DNA of 64,000 bases from Nitrosopumilus sp. (GTDB lineage Archaea; Thermoproteota; Nitrososphaeria; Nitrososphaerales; Nitrosopumilaceae): positions 32,001-96,000 of the forward strand of contig CBDBLX010000002.1 of NCBI GenBank assembly GCA_965207445.1, in the 5' to 3' direction. The position numbers and the translations under genes are program-made. Shown in pieces: positions 52,063 to 63,292 of the stretch. The notes under the pieces are model-generated. The model did not search any database and had not been told where the DNA came from. It was given only the letters and a program-made list of their open reading frames with translations. Position 1 is the stretch's first letter; each line of letters opens with the position of its first letter.

Positions 52063-54974
52063 TTAACTCCGACACCTACTGATACATAGTACACCTCAGG
52101 TATCCCATCTTTAATCAGTATCGTACCAATGTTAATTACCGTGTCACTGTCATCATCCAAATTATTCGCATCCCACACCAACACACGATTAGTCCGCGGC
52201 ACGATATAATCATCGATGAACTCTTCTAGCGCCTCTATGGTCTCTTCTCGGTCCCGATCAGTGTAAAAGAACAGTTCATTGACATTAAATGACAACGGTA
52301 CTGCCAAAGATGTAGGTCTTGACACCTCTAGTTCAGCGTCCTCAAACACCTGCAGCACAATATCAATTCTATCTTCTAGCTCTAATTTAACAAAGCCCTC
52401 AGTATCATTACCATCACCACCACTAACACCAGATGGCTCAACACCAGAAACCTTGCTCAGATACGCCTCAAATGCGTCTTCTTGCGTGTCCCCTAACCCT
52501 ACAAAATACTCACCATTAAACGCAGCACCAACAGCAGCTATAGTTCCCAACTGGGCCACTACACCACCGGCACCTGCAGTATACACAGGTATGAAATACA
52601 CATCATGCTCACCTACACGATACAAGATATTATCCCCTATTCGGGGTGTTCTCAATAACGTCTTTAGTTGCGCAAACTCTGGGTCTCTATCAAGCGCCTC
52701 CTTTACAGCAGTGGGCCCTATCAGTTTGGTAGTAGAATTAAGCGGTACTTCATAAAACTGTATATTACCCAAACGCGACAGATCATTTTCCACTACGATA
52801 TATCCTGCTAGATTCCTGCCTTGTGAGCCCCTCAACTCTAGTGACAACAATCCCAAAAATTCCGTCTGATTAAACCCAGGAGGTTTTGCCTCTACATAAT
52901 ACGTATCTAGTCCTGCAGGTATCTCATAAAACTGATTTGCTTGGATAAACGTCTCTACATCAGTCACGTGATAAATGTTGTACATTTCAGTCTTCCAATT
53001 AAACAACTCTACTGGATATCTGATCTGCTCCTCTAGCCATGCAGGCATCGGACTGAACTGATCTGCGTATTGGGCAGCAAACATTTCAGTAAAAAAGTCA
53101 TCACCGGTCTGTAATAGTTGTATATTCCCATCATACGAGTCAACTAGCGCATATCCGACTAGCCTAAGATATGGATTGCCAATTGACCACGGTACATTCT
53201 GAGTATCAAATCCGATAATAAGCGGAATCAACCAATACGAGTTTGTGCCATCTGTAACAGGTAGCGAATCCAATTCTTTTCCAAACAAGTCATACAAAAA
53301 GTACGGATACAGCACTTCCATGCGATGATTAACGTCCTTGTATCTCATAACATGTACTGATTCAGCTGGAAACTGAAGTAAAAAGTTCGGCTCAAATATC
53401 CAGCTAAATGGAGGTCCAACATCCAAGCCACCTACCCCAGAGTACATCGCCTCCCCCAACTCTGCGCTCTCACCAGGACCCCTAGAAGTCGGGTGTCCAG
53501 ACCACGTTGACTCAAATAGTCCACCCTCTCCATAGTATATCTCACGTTGCTGGAAGAACTGATTACTGTCAACTATCTGACCATCAGTTGCCTCCAAAGT
53601 CAAAAACCCATCAGGTACATGCGTATACACAAGATGCTCATTATACCATCGATTATCAGAACTCACAGATGATGGCAGTATAGGTTTCATCGATGCAGTC
53701 CAGTACAAAGTATCATCAAATCGCAATATGTCATTGTCCTCAAAGTCAACATACGGTATCAGACCAATCTCTGGCTTTAGTTTTGCAAAGGCGGCCTCCC
53801 AATCCCACACGCGTATGACATCAAGTACATCTGCATTACTCTTTACATAGCCATCAATGTTATTTGGCGAGACGGGCCGCAACTGTACATCATGGGTCAC
53901 TTTGTTAATATCATCAAGCTCACCCAAATATCTATTCACACTAATCTGCTGAGCGGTATAGGGGCCCAAATATTCTATTTTGCGCGCGTCAGCTATTGTA
54001 TCATTAACTTCTACAAAGATAAACAGAGCAACACCAATGGCCAAGATGGTCAAAAAGCGTATCCACACATCACGCTTGAACATGTGAGTTAAGACACGCG
54101 CGCGTATACGATCTACTACAGAAAAAGCAACAAGCGCAAGACCAATTATCAAGACGCCACCAATTTCGTATTTGGTGTTATAATCAATCTGGTTTGTAAA
54201 AAACATGTTAAAGCCTGCCCACAAGACAGCAATTCCAACCAAGCCTTCTATAGTGGATACATAATTCAAATATCGAGGCTTGCCACTATTAGAGTCCTGA
54301 ACAAAGGATGTTACAACATGAATCATCCTATGAACACCCACATACAGTATAAGACGCAACCCAATAGCAGCCAAGATAGGCGGTATCAAAACTACAAGTG
54401 CAGGTATCATCGGAATTACACTCTCAGTAGCATATATCACATCAGTAGGCGGAGTTACAAATGGCAACGTAAAGAGAATAGGTAGATTCTCAACACCTAA
54501 CATATTACCGTCTACCAAAAATGCAACTGCACCAAACCCGAACATTATATTTGCAAAAAATGCACCAAACAGCAACACCTTTGTTATCTGCCATACAACA
54601 AACTGCAAAACACTAAGCTTGTAATCAGCATAACTTTCCAGACTATCAGATATAGGCTCTTGGACTGGAGACGTTCTAGGACCACGTGCCACAAATGCAA
54701 ATGTGGTCTTTATAGCATACCAGAACATCGATGACCTACCTAACATGTTAACGCGCACCAAAGCTATGGCAGCTAGTATGAGCGAGGACACCAAAGTATA
54801 ATACAAAGGTCTAGTAAACTCTTCATCAAACTCTGAAAAGTTCATGTAAAGTACCACACCTTGGTTTCCCACCACGATCAGCGTAGCTATTGCAATTGCA
54901 GCTACGACTATAAGCCTCAGATACTTGCTAGTGTCAGCCGGCGGGGTCGGTTTATCAGTAGTTGCGCTATACAA
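52059..54974 (-). CDS. UPF0182 family membrane protein
   Basis: Multi-TM N-half; HLVYTH, IYYGE, VDSYDG, IRYP motifs. Confidence 0.88.
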   Translation of the reverse strand: MYSATTDKPTPPADTSKYLRLIVVAAIAIATLIVVGNQGVVLYMNFSEFDEEFTRPLYYTLVSSLILAAIALVRVNMLGRSSMFWYAIKTTFAFVARGPRTSPVQEPISDSLESYADYKLSVLQFVVWQITKVLLFGAFFANIMFGFGAVAFLVDGNMLGVENLPILFTLPFVTPPTDVIYATESVIPMIPALVVLIPPILAAIGLRLILYVGVHRMIHVVTSFVQDSNSGKPRYLNYVSTIEGLVGIAVLWAGFNMFFTNQIDYNTKYEIGGVLIIGLALVAFSVVDRIRARVLTHMFKRDVWIRFLTILAIGVALFIFVEVNDTIADARKIEYLGPYTAQQISVNRYLGELDDINKVTHDVQLRPVSPNNIDGYVKSNADVLDVIRVWDWEAAFAKLKPEIGLIPYVDFEDNDILRFDDTLYWTASMKPILPSSVSSDNRWYNEHLVYTHVPDGFLTLEATDGQIVDSNQFFQQREIYYGEGGLFESTWSGHPTSRGPGESAELGEAMYSGVGGLDVGPPFSWIFEPNFLLQFPAESVHVMRYKDVNHRMEVLYPYFLYDLFGKELDSLPVTDGTNSYWLIPLIIGFDTQNVPWSIGNPYLRLVGYALVDSYDGNIQLLQTGDDFFTEMFAAQYADQFSPMPAWLEEQIRYPVELFNWKTEMYNIYHVTDVETFIQANQFYEIPAGLDTYYVEAKPPGFNQTEFLGLLSLELRGSQGRNLAGYIVVENDLSRLGNIQFYEVPLNSTTKLIGPTAVKEALDRDPEFAQLKTLLRTPRIGDNILYRVGEHDVYFIPVYTAGAGGVVAQLGTIAAVGAAFNGEYFVGLGDTQEDAFEAYLSKVSGVEPSGVSGGDGNDTEGFVKLELEDRIDIVLQVFEDAELEVSRPTSLAVPLSFNVNELFFYTDRDREETIEALEEFIDDYIVPRTNRVLVWDANNLDDDSDTVINIGTILIKDGIPEVYYVSVGVGVN

Positions 54975-55127
54975 AACTGTATATCGTATCTGTTTGTTAA
55001 ATTAATGTGTTGTTAGGTTTGGCACAGTAATAAAATGTTCAACTAAAATGTGCACTTGTATGTATGATTTTCAATAAAATAGGCAAAATCACTAAAATTT
55101 CACCATACATGGTAATTAATCTCAACA

Positions 55128-56279
55128 TTATGGTATATGGGCAAGTCCTTTACATAGTAGATAGGCAGCAGCATATTTTGGTAGAGTAATTTTTTTGTCA
55201 TGTTTGTATGATCCAAGTACCGTGTCTCGCAGACGGAACCGAAGTGGACAATCATGCACAACCACATCAACAGTATCACTAGTATCAATCACAGCATCCA
55301 CATATGGATCAAATGTATCTATATCAGAGCAGGTCATCTTTATCATCGAACTCTTGCTGTTTATGGTGTGCGGCATTCTAAATATACGATGCACATCCAT
55401 CGTAACTCCAGAATCTATCTTTATGCCAATATTATTAATGGCATCATTAACCATACCTTGAAATCTAGCATACCTAGAGTCACCATCTAGTTTATCAAAT
55501 TCTGATAATATGTTGTTGCGGCCTTTTTTAGAGACAAACACATATTTTGCAAACTTGCCGCGCCAACCACGCTCACCAATATTAGGAATGTATTGCTTTT
55601 CAAATTTAGATCTGCTCACTCCCATAGATTCAGGTAACAGTCCTCTGAGTGTGATATAATCGGCTAGTTCTGTACGCGCACTAGCATCTAGTTTCAAAAA
55701 AGGCCCATGTAAAACATGTACATGATAACCCTCATTACCAGAAAAATATATTGTAATTACATTTGGCGAGATGCCCAAGTCATCACACAATATGTCAACT
55801 AGTAGTTTGATCTGCTCTTTTGCGCCTGCCATGCATTTTTTGCACGGCAGTGATACTGGTTTTGTGTTGATATTTTCCCCACATGTGTCACATGTAATTT
55901 TAGTAGATGCAGCATTGCACGTATGGCACACATAAAACACATGATTTTTGCGACAGGGCAACTGCAAGTCTTTGGCATCAACATCAAATATCAAGTCAGC
56001 GCCCTGCCAGTCTTTTTCTGTCAATGGCATATTTGGGAATCTGTAATATGCATTAGAGCAGTAGACATCAGATGGCGTGTTGCGCAAAAAGAATATATTC
56101 ATATTTTTTTTATCACGTATTTGGATATGTCGCATCATGCCAATATTTCCAAGCGTTTGGTATCCAAACTCGCGGCGTTGTATGTGTGTAGGGTGGGGTA
56201 TGTCATCTGTATGATCATAGTAGTATTGCTTGAAGAATGATTCAAGAAATTCAATATCAGGCGGATTCAACTTTATCAT
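55128..56279 (-). CDS. priS: DNA primase small subunit
   Basis: REFG, DLIFDVD, FSGNEGYH, RIFRMPHT. Confidence 0.95.
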   Translation of the reverse strand: MIKLNPPDIEFLESFFKQYYYDHTDDIPHPTHIQRREFGYQTLGNIGMMRHIQIRDKKNMNIFFLRNTPSDVYCSNAYYRFPNMPLTEKDWQGADLIFDVDAKDLQLPCRKNHVFYVCHTCNAASTKITCDTCGENINTKPVSLPCKKCMAGAKEQIKLLVDILCDDLGISPNVITIYFSGNEGYHVHVLHGPFLKLDASARTELADYITLRGLLPESMGVSRSKFEKQYIPNIGERGWRGKFAKYVFVSKKGRNNILSEFDKLDGDSRYARFQGMVNDAINNIGIKIDSGVTMDVHRIFRMPHTINSKSSMIKMTCSDIDTFDPYVDAVIDTSDTVDVVVHDCPLRFRLRDTVLGSYKHDKKITLPKYAAAYLLCKGLAHIP

Positions 56280-57321
56280 CTTTTGTTGTGTTTATCTTTT
56301 TTCTGCCAAACTGCATAGGTGAAATAATTCCATCACATTGAGGTGTAGCGTGACACAAATTTTGTGTGCGTAGTTTGTCACAAGAAGGACATATGTATTT
56401 TGTAGTGGTGCCGAATTGACCTGACAAGTGATTTAACTGGTACATGGTGGTTTTTTCATTATAGTCAGGCGCATTTTTAAACAGAGGTGCTATCTGTTGC
56501 ACCGTCTGATTTCGTCCAAGTAGAAAAGTCGCCAACATGAATCTACCAGAGTGAGGTAGATTCTCGCCCCGTTCAAGTACAGAGATTGCGTGTTTGATGC
56601 ATGGTGGGTACTCACCTGTGTGCTCGTATTTTGGGGTGAGTTGATCAGCGCATGTACTTAGTTTTGAGACTATCTTTTCTAATCCAGGTATCATGTCTGG
56701 TGTAGGTGAATTTTTGATACGAGATATGATGTATGTTGTGAGTGCGTGACGTATCAGGCGGACTGTCTTATCAGGTGTTAATGCTACGTATCCTTTTACA
56801 ACTTGCCTGTTTACCAGTTTCCACTCACGCTCATGAAATACTGCAGAGTGTTTGAGATATTCAGATATGCGTATCAAATAGTAATCATTGCGCTGTGTGA
56901 TCTCCATACCAAACATATCAATAAAGATGAGGCGTACTAGGTTGTATCGCATGGTGTTATTATGTATGATATTGAGATCATTTTTGAGATGCTCTTCTGC
57001 ACGTCTAGCTTCACTTAGCGCAAATCGTTGTATTAGTGTGTGGCGTTTTGTTAGTTTGATGAGTACAATGGCAATCAAAAATGAAAGTATCTCTACATCA
57101 AACATTTGATCCTCAGAAAAGGTGGTCTTGTTATTATGCTCAGATCTGTACACTTTGCCCTGAGTTGCCGTCATTACACGCTCATATGCTGTTTTTACTA
57201 TAATCTCAAGGGCAGGGTCAGTACCAAATTGAGATATCTCAAAACCATAATCCTGAAGGTATTTTCCAGCACCAGTCATAAATGGGTATTTTGCCAAATC
57301 ATCACGACCCAATATTAGCAT
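56257..57321 (-). CDS. priL: DNA primase large subunit
   Basis: AKYPF, PPCI, HSGRF, Fe-S Cys cluster CPSC..LC..C. Confidence 0.93.
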   Translation of the reverse strand: MLILGRDDLAKYPFMTGAGKYLQDYGFEISQFGTDPALEIIVKTAYERVMTATQGKVYRSEHNNKTTFSEDQMFDVEILSFLIAIVLIKLTKRHTLIQRFALSEARRAEEHLKNDLNIIHNNTMRYNLVRLIFIDMFGMEITQRNDYYLIRISEYLKHSAVFHEREWKLVNRQVVKGYVALTPDKTVRLIRHALTTYIISRIKNSPTPDMIPGLEKIVSKLSTCADQLTPKYEHTGEYPPCIKHAISVLERGENLPHSGRFMLATFLLGRNQTVQQIAPLFKNAPDYNEKTTMYQLNHLSGQFGTTTKYICPSCDKLRTQNLCHATPQCDGIISPMQFGRKKINTTKDDKVESA

Positions 57322-57599
57322 ACTATTGCATCAACAAACACATACATAAAATGCACGACTATATCAGTTGGAGAGGTTGTAATTAGGTATGGTTGTTATT
57401 CTTTTTTTTGAGAGTTCTCATCAAATCATAAAAAGTATTTACAAATCATATTATATTTTAATGATCATTAGATATAATATTCCCAAAGCCTACGATCATG
57501 GCAGACTGGTATCTGAGATGAAATCTGGAATTAACCATAATTCATATGAATATAATTGCACAGATACGCGCTCAGGGCAGCTTGTAAAAAGTTACTATT

Positions 57600-58466
57600 T
57601 TACAGAAATTTTTGCCCAGGCGTATGAGGATAATTTATGGCAACAATCTCCATACTGTCATTTTGTGTTGTATATTGCAGTGATCGTCGCAACGCCACAT
57701 AATATGTCTCAAATTTCATATCTGACAGTCCCAAGTCATCAGGGCTGTTTTGTTCTGATATCATGATACGATTATCTCTGCGTGTAGCATCTACAAACTG
57801 CAAGAAACTCTCAGTTGTCGGAACCTCATTGTAATGTGAGTTGGGATTGTTCATGTATGGCGGGTCCAAATACAAAAACGAATTTTTAAGATGTTCAAAT
57901 TCTTCAAATCTCTTGTTTGTTATTGTTATGTTTTTTATGCTCTTGCTAATATTGTGCATATGTCCATTTAGCAGATCAGGGCAGCGTGTATTTTTACGCA
58001 TGGGTACATTAAATCTGTTTTTTCGATTAAAACGAATCTTACCACTAAACGCATTTTTTGCCAAGTATAGAAATTGTCCTGCGCCCTTTACACCATCAGT
58101 TAACGAGTCCTCTGCACGTACTGCTAGATAATACTCATGAGATGATCGACTTTTGTGTTTGTTATATTCATGTATAAGTTGATCAATGTCATCACGCACA
58201 CATGTCATAAAATTAGTCAGTACAGGGTTGTTGTCATTATATGTGATATCACTCAAAGGCCCAAAACGAAAAGAACAGTATATGGTAAACGCCCCAGAGC
58301 CACCAAACAGGTCATAGATTTGTTCGCCATATTCGTTTGGCATCAAGTCATCAAATATGTGAGTGAAACCAGATTTGTTTCCCACATATGGTAACAGGTG
58401 ACACTTTTGATTCTTATTGTTTCTTACTTCATAGTGTGGTGCCGATAACAATAATAGTACACACAA
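57600..58466 (-). CDS. Dam-like (D12 class) DNA adenine methyltransferase, orphan
   Basis: PYVGNK, DLFGGSG, RFNRKNRFNVP, YLDPPY. Confidence 0.9.
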   Translation of the reverse strand: MCVLLLLSAPHYEVRNNKNQKCHLLPYVGNKSGFTHIFDDLMPNEYGEQIYDLFGGSGAFTIYCSFRFGPLSDITYNDNNPVLTNFMTCVRDDIDQLIHEYNKHKSRSSHEYYLAVRAEDSLTDGVKGAGQFLYLAKNAFSGKIRFNRKNRFNVPMRKNTRCPDLLNGHMHNISKSIKNITITNKRFEEFEHLKNSFLYLDPPYMNNPNSHYNEVPTTESFLQFVDATRRDNRIMISEQNSPDDLGLSDMKFETYYVALRRSLQYTTQNDSMEIVAINYPHTPGQKFL

Positions 58467-58524
58467 GTTTCCTAATTTGTAATTTTTGATCCGGGTTTAA
58501 ATTATCATAATAATACCAAAAGAT

Positions 58525-59376
58525 ATGCAGATAGGATGCCACGTCTCTATATCAGGCTCACTTGCAAATGCAGTCGATAATGCTACTAGCCGTAATTGTA
58601 CTGCATTTCAACTATTCACACACAATCCACGGGGATGGTATGCAAAAGACTTGGATGAACAAACAATAGAATCATTCAAGACAAAACTAGAGCAAAGTGA
58701 CATTAATAGTAATGCAGTGTGTGTACATATGCCATATCTGCCTAATTTGGCGTCACCGGATGATGCAAAATTCAAAAGGTCACTGGCATCATTAAAAGAT
58801 GAAATACGCAGGTGTTCTTTGCTTGGAATACCATATGTTGTAACACATCTTGGCAGTCACATGGGTACTGGTGAAGAGGCAGGTATAAACAGATTAGAAA
58901 AGGGATTAAACGCCGCTGCAAAAGATACACCTGATGATGTTATGATACTCTTAGAGAATACAGCAGGCCAAAAGAACTCTGTGGGCGCTGATCTGAAACA
59001 GTTAGGGGAGATACTTTGTCGTTGCAAGCCTGCAAAACGATTTGGCGTCTGTTTTGATACATGTCATGCATTTGTAGCAGGGTATGACATGAGAACAAAA
59101 CAAAAAGTAAATGAGACATTTGCAGAGTTTGACAAGCATATAGGGCTAGATAGACTACGAATAATTCATCTCAATGATGCCAAAGGTGAGTTAGGCTCCA
59201 AGCGCGACAGACACTACCACATAGGGTTAGGTGAGATAGGGGAGAGAGGATTGGCAGAGACCATAAAGATTGCAGTTCAAAAAGGCATCCCGCTGATTTT
59301 AGAGACCCCAATTGATGAGAAGAGAGATGATATAGGAAACATGGAAAAAGCAAGAGAGTTGTTTGCGACGGTTTAA
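58525..59376 (+). CDS. nfo: Endonuclease IV
   Basis: GCHVS, HMPYLPNL, LENTAG, DTCH, HLND, DRH, ILETP. Confidence 0.95.
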   Translation: MQIGCHVSISGSLANAVDNATSRNCTAFQLFTHNPRGWYAKDLDEQTIESFKTKLEQSDINSNAVCVHMPYLPNLASPDDAKFKRSLASLKDEIRRCSLLGIPYVVTHLGSHMGTGEEAGINRLEKGLNAAAKDTPDDVMILLENTAGQKNSVGADLKQLGEILCRCKPAKRFGVCFDTCHAFVAGYDMRTKQKVNETFAEFDKHIGLDRLRIIHLNDAKGELGSKRDRHYHIGLGEIGERGLAETIKIAVQKGIPLILETPIDEKRDDIGNMEKARELFATV

Positions 59377-59405
59377 TTATAATTGATTTTGTGAGATGAT
59401 AATAT

Positions 59406-60884
59406 ATGATAGATTATGAACAAGTAGTAAAACTTGCACTAGAGCGCGGTTTTTACTTTCCAAGTTGTGAGGTGTACGGGGATGCACAAGCAGGATTCTG
59501 GGAGTATGGTCCATCAGGTGTTGCACTAAAAAATAAATTTCTAGAGTTGTGGCGACGTGAACTTCTCAGAAGAGACTCGATGATGGAGATCGACGGCTCT
59601 CAGATAATGTCAGGTTTGGTATTTGAGGCATCAGGACATTTGGCAAGTTTTGTAGATCCTATCATTAAATGCCAAAAATGTGGGCTGACAGCAAGAGCAG
59701 ACAAGACAATACAAGAGATAGTAAACATTACAGTGCCCGAGTCAGCAGAGCCTGGAGAGTTTGATGATATCATATCAAGATATGACATACGGTGTCCCAA
59801 ATGCAAGGGTGAATTTACAAAAACTGAACGATTCAATATGATGTTTAAAGTGGGAATTGGTCCTGAGCAAAGGGAAGCTTTTTTGCGCCCAGAGACGTGT
59901 CAGTCAATATTCGTTGACTTTCCCAGATTATACAAGTCGATGAGAGGTACATTACCAATAGGAATAGGGCAGATAGGTAAGAGTTTTAGAAACGAGATTG
60001 CACCAAGACAAGGTCTGTTGAGATTGCGTGAGTTTTATCAAGCAGAGATTGAAGTATTTTGTAATCCTCAACGACTCGATGAGGTACCAAATTTTGCAGA
60101 GATAGCGGATGTAGAGTTAAATTTACAGTTGGACTCTGATGAGAGTGATGGTACACAACATACTGTAACATGTGATCTGGCAGTAAAAAATGGTTTTTTG
60201 CCAAACAAATTGATCGCATATTATTTGGGCATGTTAACTGAATTTTATCAAAAAACCGGAATTGACATGTCATATAGTAGATTTCGTAAATTGGGACAAA
60301 AAGAAAAGGCGTTTTATGCACAAGTCGCATTTGATTTTGAGGTCAAGACCTCGACTGGATGGCTAGAGTTAGTTGCGTGTAATTACAGATCAGGGCACGA
60401 TCTGCAGGGACATGCTGATAAAAGTGGAGAAAAATTTGAGGTGATCGACTGTGAGCAAAAAGTATTGCCACATGTCTTTGAGATATCAATGGGTATTGAT
60501 CGCAGTTTGTACACCATACTAGAGCATAGTTTGTATTTTGACAAAGAGCACGAGAACAGAAAGGTGTTGTCATTAAAGCCGTATTTGGCGCCAGTACATA
60601 TTGGTGTCTTGTCTCTAGTCAAAAAAGATGGGTTGCGCGAAAAGACAGATGAGATATATGGTATGATAAAACGAAAATGTGACGCATTTTTAGATCATTC
60701 AGGTGCCATTGGTAGACGATACAGGCGACTAGATGAAGTAGGGGCCCCGTTTGCCATAACAGTCGATCATCAGACATTGCAAGACCAAACTATCACAATT
60801 AGAATGCGAGATAGTATGGAGCAATCAAGGATTAGTATATCACAGTTAGATGAGTTTGTAGCAAAACGTATTGCATATCCATAA
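59406..60884 (+). CDS. glyS: Glycine--tRNA ligase
   Basis: LRPETCQ, GKSFRNEIAPRQGLLRLREF, IGRRYRRLDEVG. Confidence 0.96.
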   Translation: MIDYEQVVKLALERGFYFPSCEVYGDAQAGFWEYGPSGVALKNKFLELWRRELLRRDSMMEIDGSQIMSGLVFEASGHLASFVDPIIKCQKCGLTARADKTIQEIVNITVPESAEPGEFDDIISRYDIRCPKCKGEFTKTERFNMMFKVGIGPEQREAFLRPETCQSIFVDFPRLYKSMRGTLPIGIGQIGKSFRNEIAPRQGLLRLREFYQAEIEVFCNPQRLDEVPNFAEIADVELNLQLDSDESDGTQHTVTCDLAVKNGFLPNKLIAYYLGMLTEFYQKTGIDMSYSRFRKLGQKEKAFYAQVAFDFEVKTSTGWLELVACNYRSGHDLQGHADKSGEKFEVIDCEQKVLPHVFEISMGIDRSLYTILEHSLYFDKEHENRKVLSLKPYLAPVHIGVLSLVKKDGLREKTDEIYGMIKRKCDAFLDHSGAIGRRYRRLDEVGAPFAITVDHQTLQDQTITIRMRDSMEQSRISISQLDEFVAKRIAYP

Positions 60885-61245
60885 CAAAAAGTGCGTATAA
60901 AATAAAAGATCATTTATTAGTTATTTCAAATAGAAATTTGGTTTTATTTGTATAGACCTTTTGCACAATCAACATATTATAAGAAAAAATCAAAGTAAAT
61001 TTCAATAAAAAATCATATTAGTATATGATATATGATAGATGGAAAATAAATAAAAGCAAGCTCGGGTAAAATGAATCCTTAATTACTGCTCAGAGATCAA
61101 ACTTTAATTTTTTCTCTTTAGAATCCAAGTGTATGGTGGTTAACTAGCCCCGATATAATCTGCAAGATACGGTCAAGAGAATCATCAAATTTAATGTATA
61201 TGTTTCGCAGCACTGAAAAATGTTTTAGTTTTACTATTGCATGCT

Positions 61246-61784
61246 CTATTTTGATTCGAATTTTACTGATGGATTTGTTGTATTTTTTTTCTCATCTTCT
61301 GCCAACTCTTTTTTTGATTGTCCTCCACGTGCAAATGATTTCAATGTGACTAGTGCACATTCTGTATTTTCTTGTAATTCTGAGCTTTTATACGAACGGC
61401 CACGAGTTACAGTAATCATGTTGTTCAAATACACAGGGTTATCTCTACTAGTAACATCTAAAGATGTTTTATCTTTGAACAGTAAAATTTTCTGTGCGTT
61501 TACAATTTTTTTAAATTGATCATCAATTGTTTTTAGATCTATTATATCTACACTAAGGAAGATCAGAATCGTCAAATTCAATACTCAGGTTTGTCATGGT
61601 GTTGTGGTCTATGGGTCGTTCACCCTCCACGGCAAGATCCAAATCTGAGCCATCATGTGTTGTCTATTTAGATCTGCTTCCAAATACCCATTCTGACATC
61701 TGGCTCAAGATGTCTTTGAAGAATATCGCACACCATACTCATGTGATTCGTGGATATGTCGATTGGACTAGTCAACAGACGCAT
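61246..61784 (-). pseudogene. Frameshifted MNT nucleotidyltransferase running into a type I R-M HsdS fragment
   Basis: Across frames WVFGSR..SDLDLAV..DSDLP..VDIID, then RGRSYKSSELQ..ALVTLKSF typical of HsdS TRDs; internal stop and indels. Confidence 0.65.
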
Positions 61785-62199
61785 TCATCTCCTTGAGGTG
61801 GGCCAAGGTATATTGTACATCCTGCAGAAAATCTACCACACCTTCAAAGATCTCTTGTGCCTTGTCCTCATTGTATGTGTGACTGGTGGTTCCACGACTT
61901 TCTCTGTATTTGCGCCAAACGGTCACATCAGAACATACAAGATTCTTGCCATATGCTTCTCGTATAATTCTGTTAAAAGTCATATCGTTAACTGTTTTGG
62001 GACTGGGTGCAGTTTCTATCAAATATCGCTTGATCATTTTAAATGTAAGTTCATATGTAAATTCAAAGGCCTGTATGGTGGCCGAGCGCAGGTGTCTTTG
62101 CAACACAACATCATTCCTAGTTGCCTCTCGCTTGTATATGTCCAAGGACTCTTCTAGTTGGGCCACTGCTCTCTCCAATGGTCCAAGATCAAGACTCAT
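61768..62199 (-). CDS. HI0074-family HEPN protein (nucleotidyltransferase substrate-binding / HepT-like)
   Basis: IQAFEFTYEL and R-x4-H-x-Y motif RGTTSHTY. Confidence 0.88.
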   Translation of the reverse strand: MSLDLGPLERAVAQLEESLDIYKREATRNDVVLQRHLRSATIQAFEFTYELTFKMIKRYLIETAPSPKTVNDMTFNRIIREAYGKNLVCSDVTVWRKYRESRGTTSHTYNEDKAQEIFEGVVDFLQDVQYTLAHLKEMNASVD

Positions 62200-62606
62200 A
62201 CGCCACCCTCCATGCCTGCAAACCCCAAGTCCCTTATGTTTTTTGTGATGAATTTGTCCAGTTTCCGCGCTTTAGACTGTTGTTTGCCTAATTCGGCTGC
62301 CAGTCGTCTCATCTTTTGCTCAAACGACTCACCATCACCTTCCTCCTGAGGTGCAACTCCTACGTAACGACCCGGCGTGAGTACGTGGCCGTGTTCGCGA
62401 ATCTCTTCAATTCCGACACTTTTACAAAAACCCAGTTCGTCTGTATATTTATTTTTGTTCTGCCATACATGATACACGTCTACGATCTTTTGTGCATCTA
62501 CCTCATCTAACACACGATGTGTACGATCCTCCATTCTGCCCATATTGCGGGCGTCAATAAATAACACCTGCCCGCGTCTTTTGGATTTCTTGATTGTAAA
62601 TGTCAA
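62196..62606 (-). pseudogene. hsdM: C-terminal fragment of type I R-M methyltransferase HsdM
   Basis: VLFIDARNMG, FCKS, VLTPGRYVG; catalytic motifs absent. Confidence 0.85.
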
Positions 62607-62985
62607 TATCGTATTATGTAATATGAACTTTATAACTGAATCTTCGATTGCATGATTTCATGATATCTTAAAAACCAATGCTTTGGGTCGGGCAGGTAGT
62701 GATCGTGGCAGATTCAAAACTATTGCGAACCGTCAAGAGCCCTTCTCAAGTCTGAATAGTCCTAAAACAAGTTCACCCAAGTGGATAAGCTCATGTGGGT
62801 CATTCTGGACTAAACCGAGTAAACGTAACTATTTTGCTTTTTAAAGTGCATACATAAGGTAAAAGATCATGCGCATTTTTCCGATTATAATGATCTCGAC
62901 ATTGTATATTCATATATAATCAATTGGCAAGGATAGTGCGTAGTTGATTATAATACGCAGATGGACACTAATGATTCTGTAGTTT

Positions 62986-63145
62986 TTAGCCAGGTTTGCA
63001 TGCCTTGCACAGCATGTCAAAAAAGCTCTCGCCTCTGATCTTACCTGTTGCAAGCAGTGTGAATAATATTGAGTTGGCATCCATACCACGAGATGTGCTG
63101 TTTCCACCACCATCATTTTTTATGAATACAAATACTCGATTAGTT
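62986..63145 (-). pseudogene. 3' tip of an IS66-like transposase
   Basis: GGGNSTSRGMDANSILFTLLATGKIRG resembles IS66 C-termini; cut by the MITE. Confidence 0.5.
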
Positions 63146-63292
63146 GTGTGAACCAAGCTCATTGGATACAATAATGAAATACATACCTGTATTTGGTTAT
63201 ATTCCTGTCTGCATATCAAGTATCGTGCATGCGATACATTTGGCTAGGAGTTATTTTTGAATGATTATATAGTCATGGAGGTTGGTTCACAC
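63146..63292. mobile_element. MITE (GTGTGAACCAA family), copy 2, no TSD
   Basis: TIR GTGTGAACCAA/TTGGTTCACAC; similar to 5787-5934. Confidence 0.85.
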
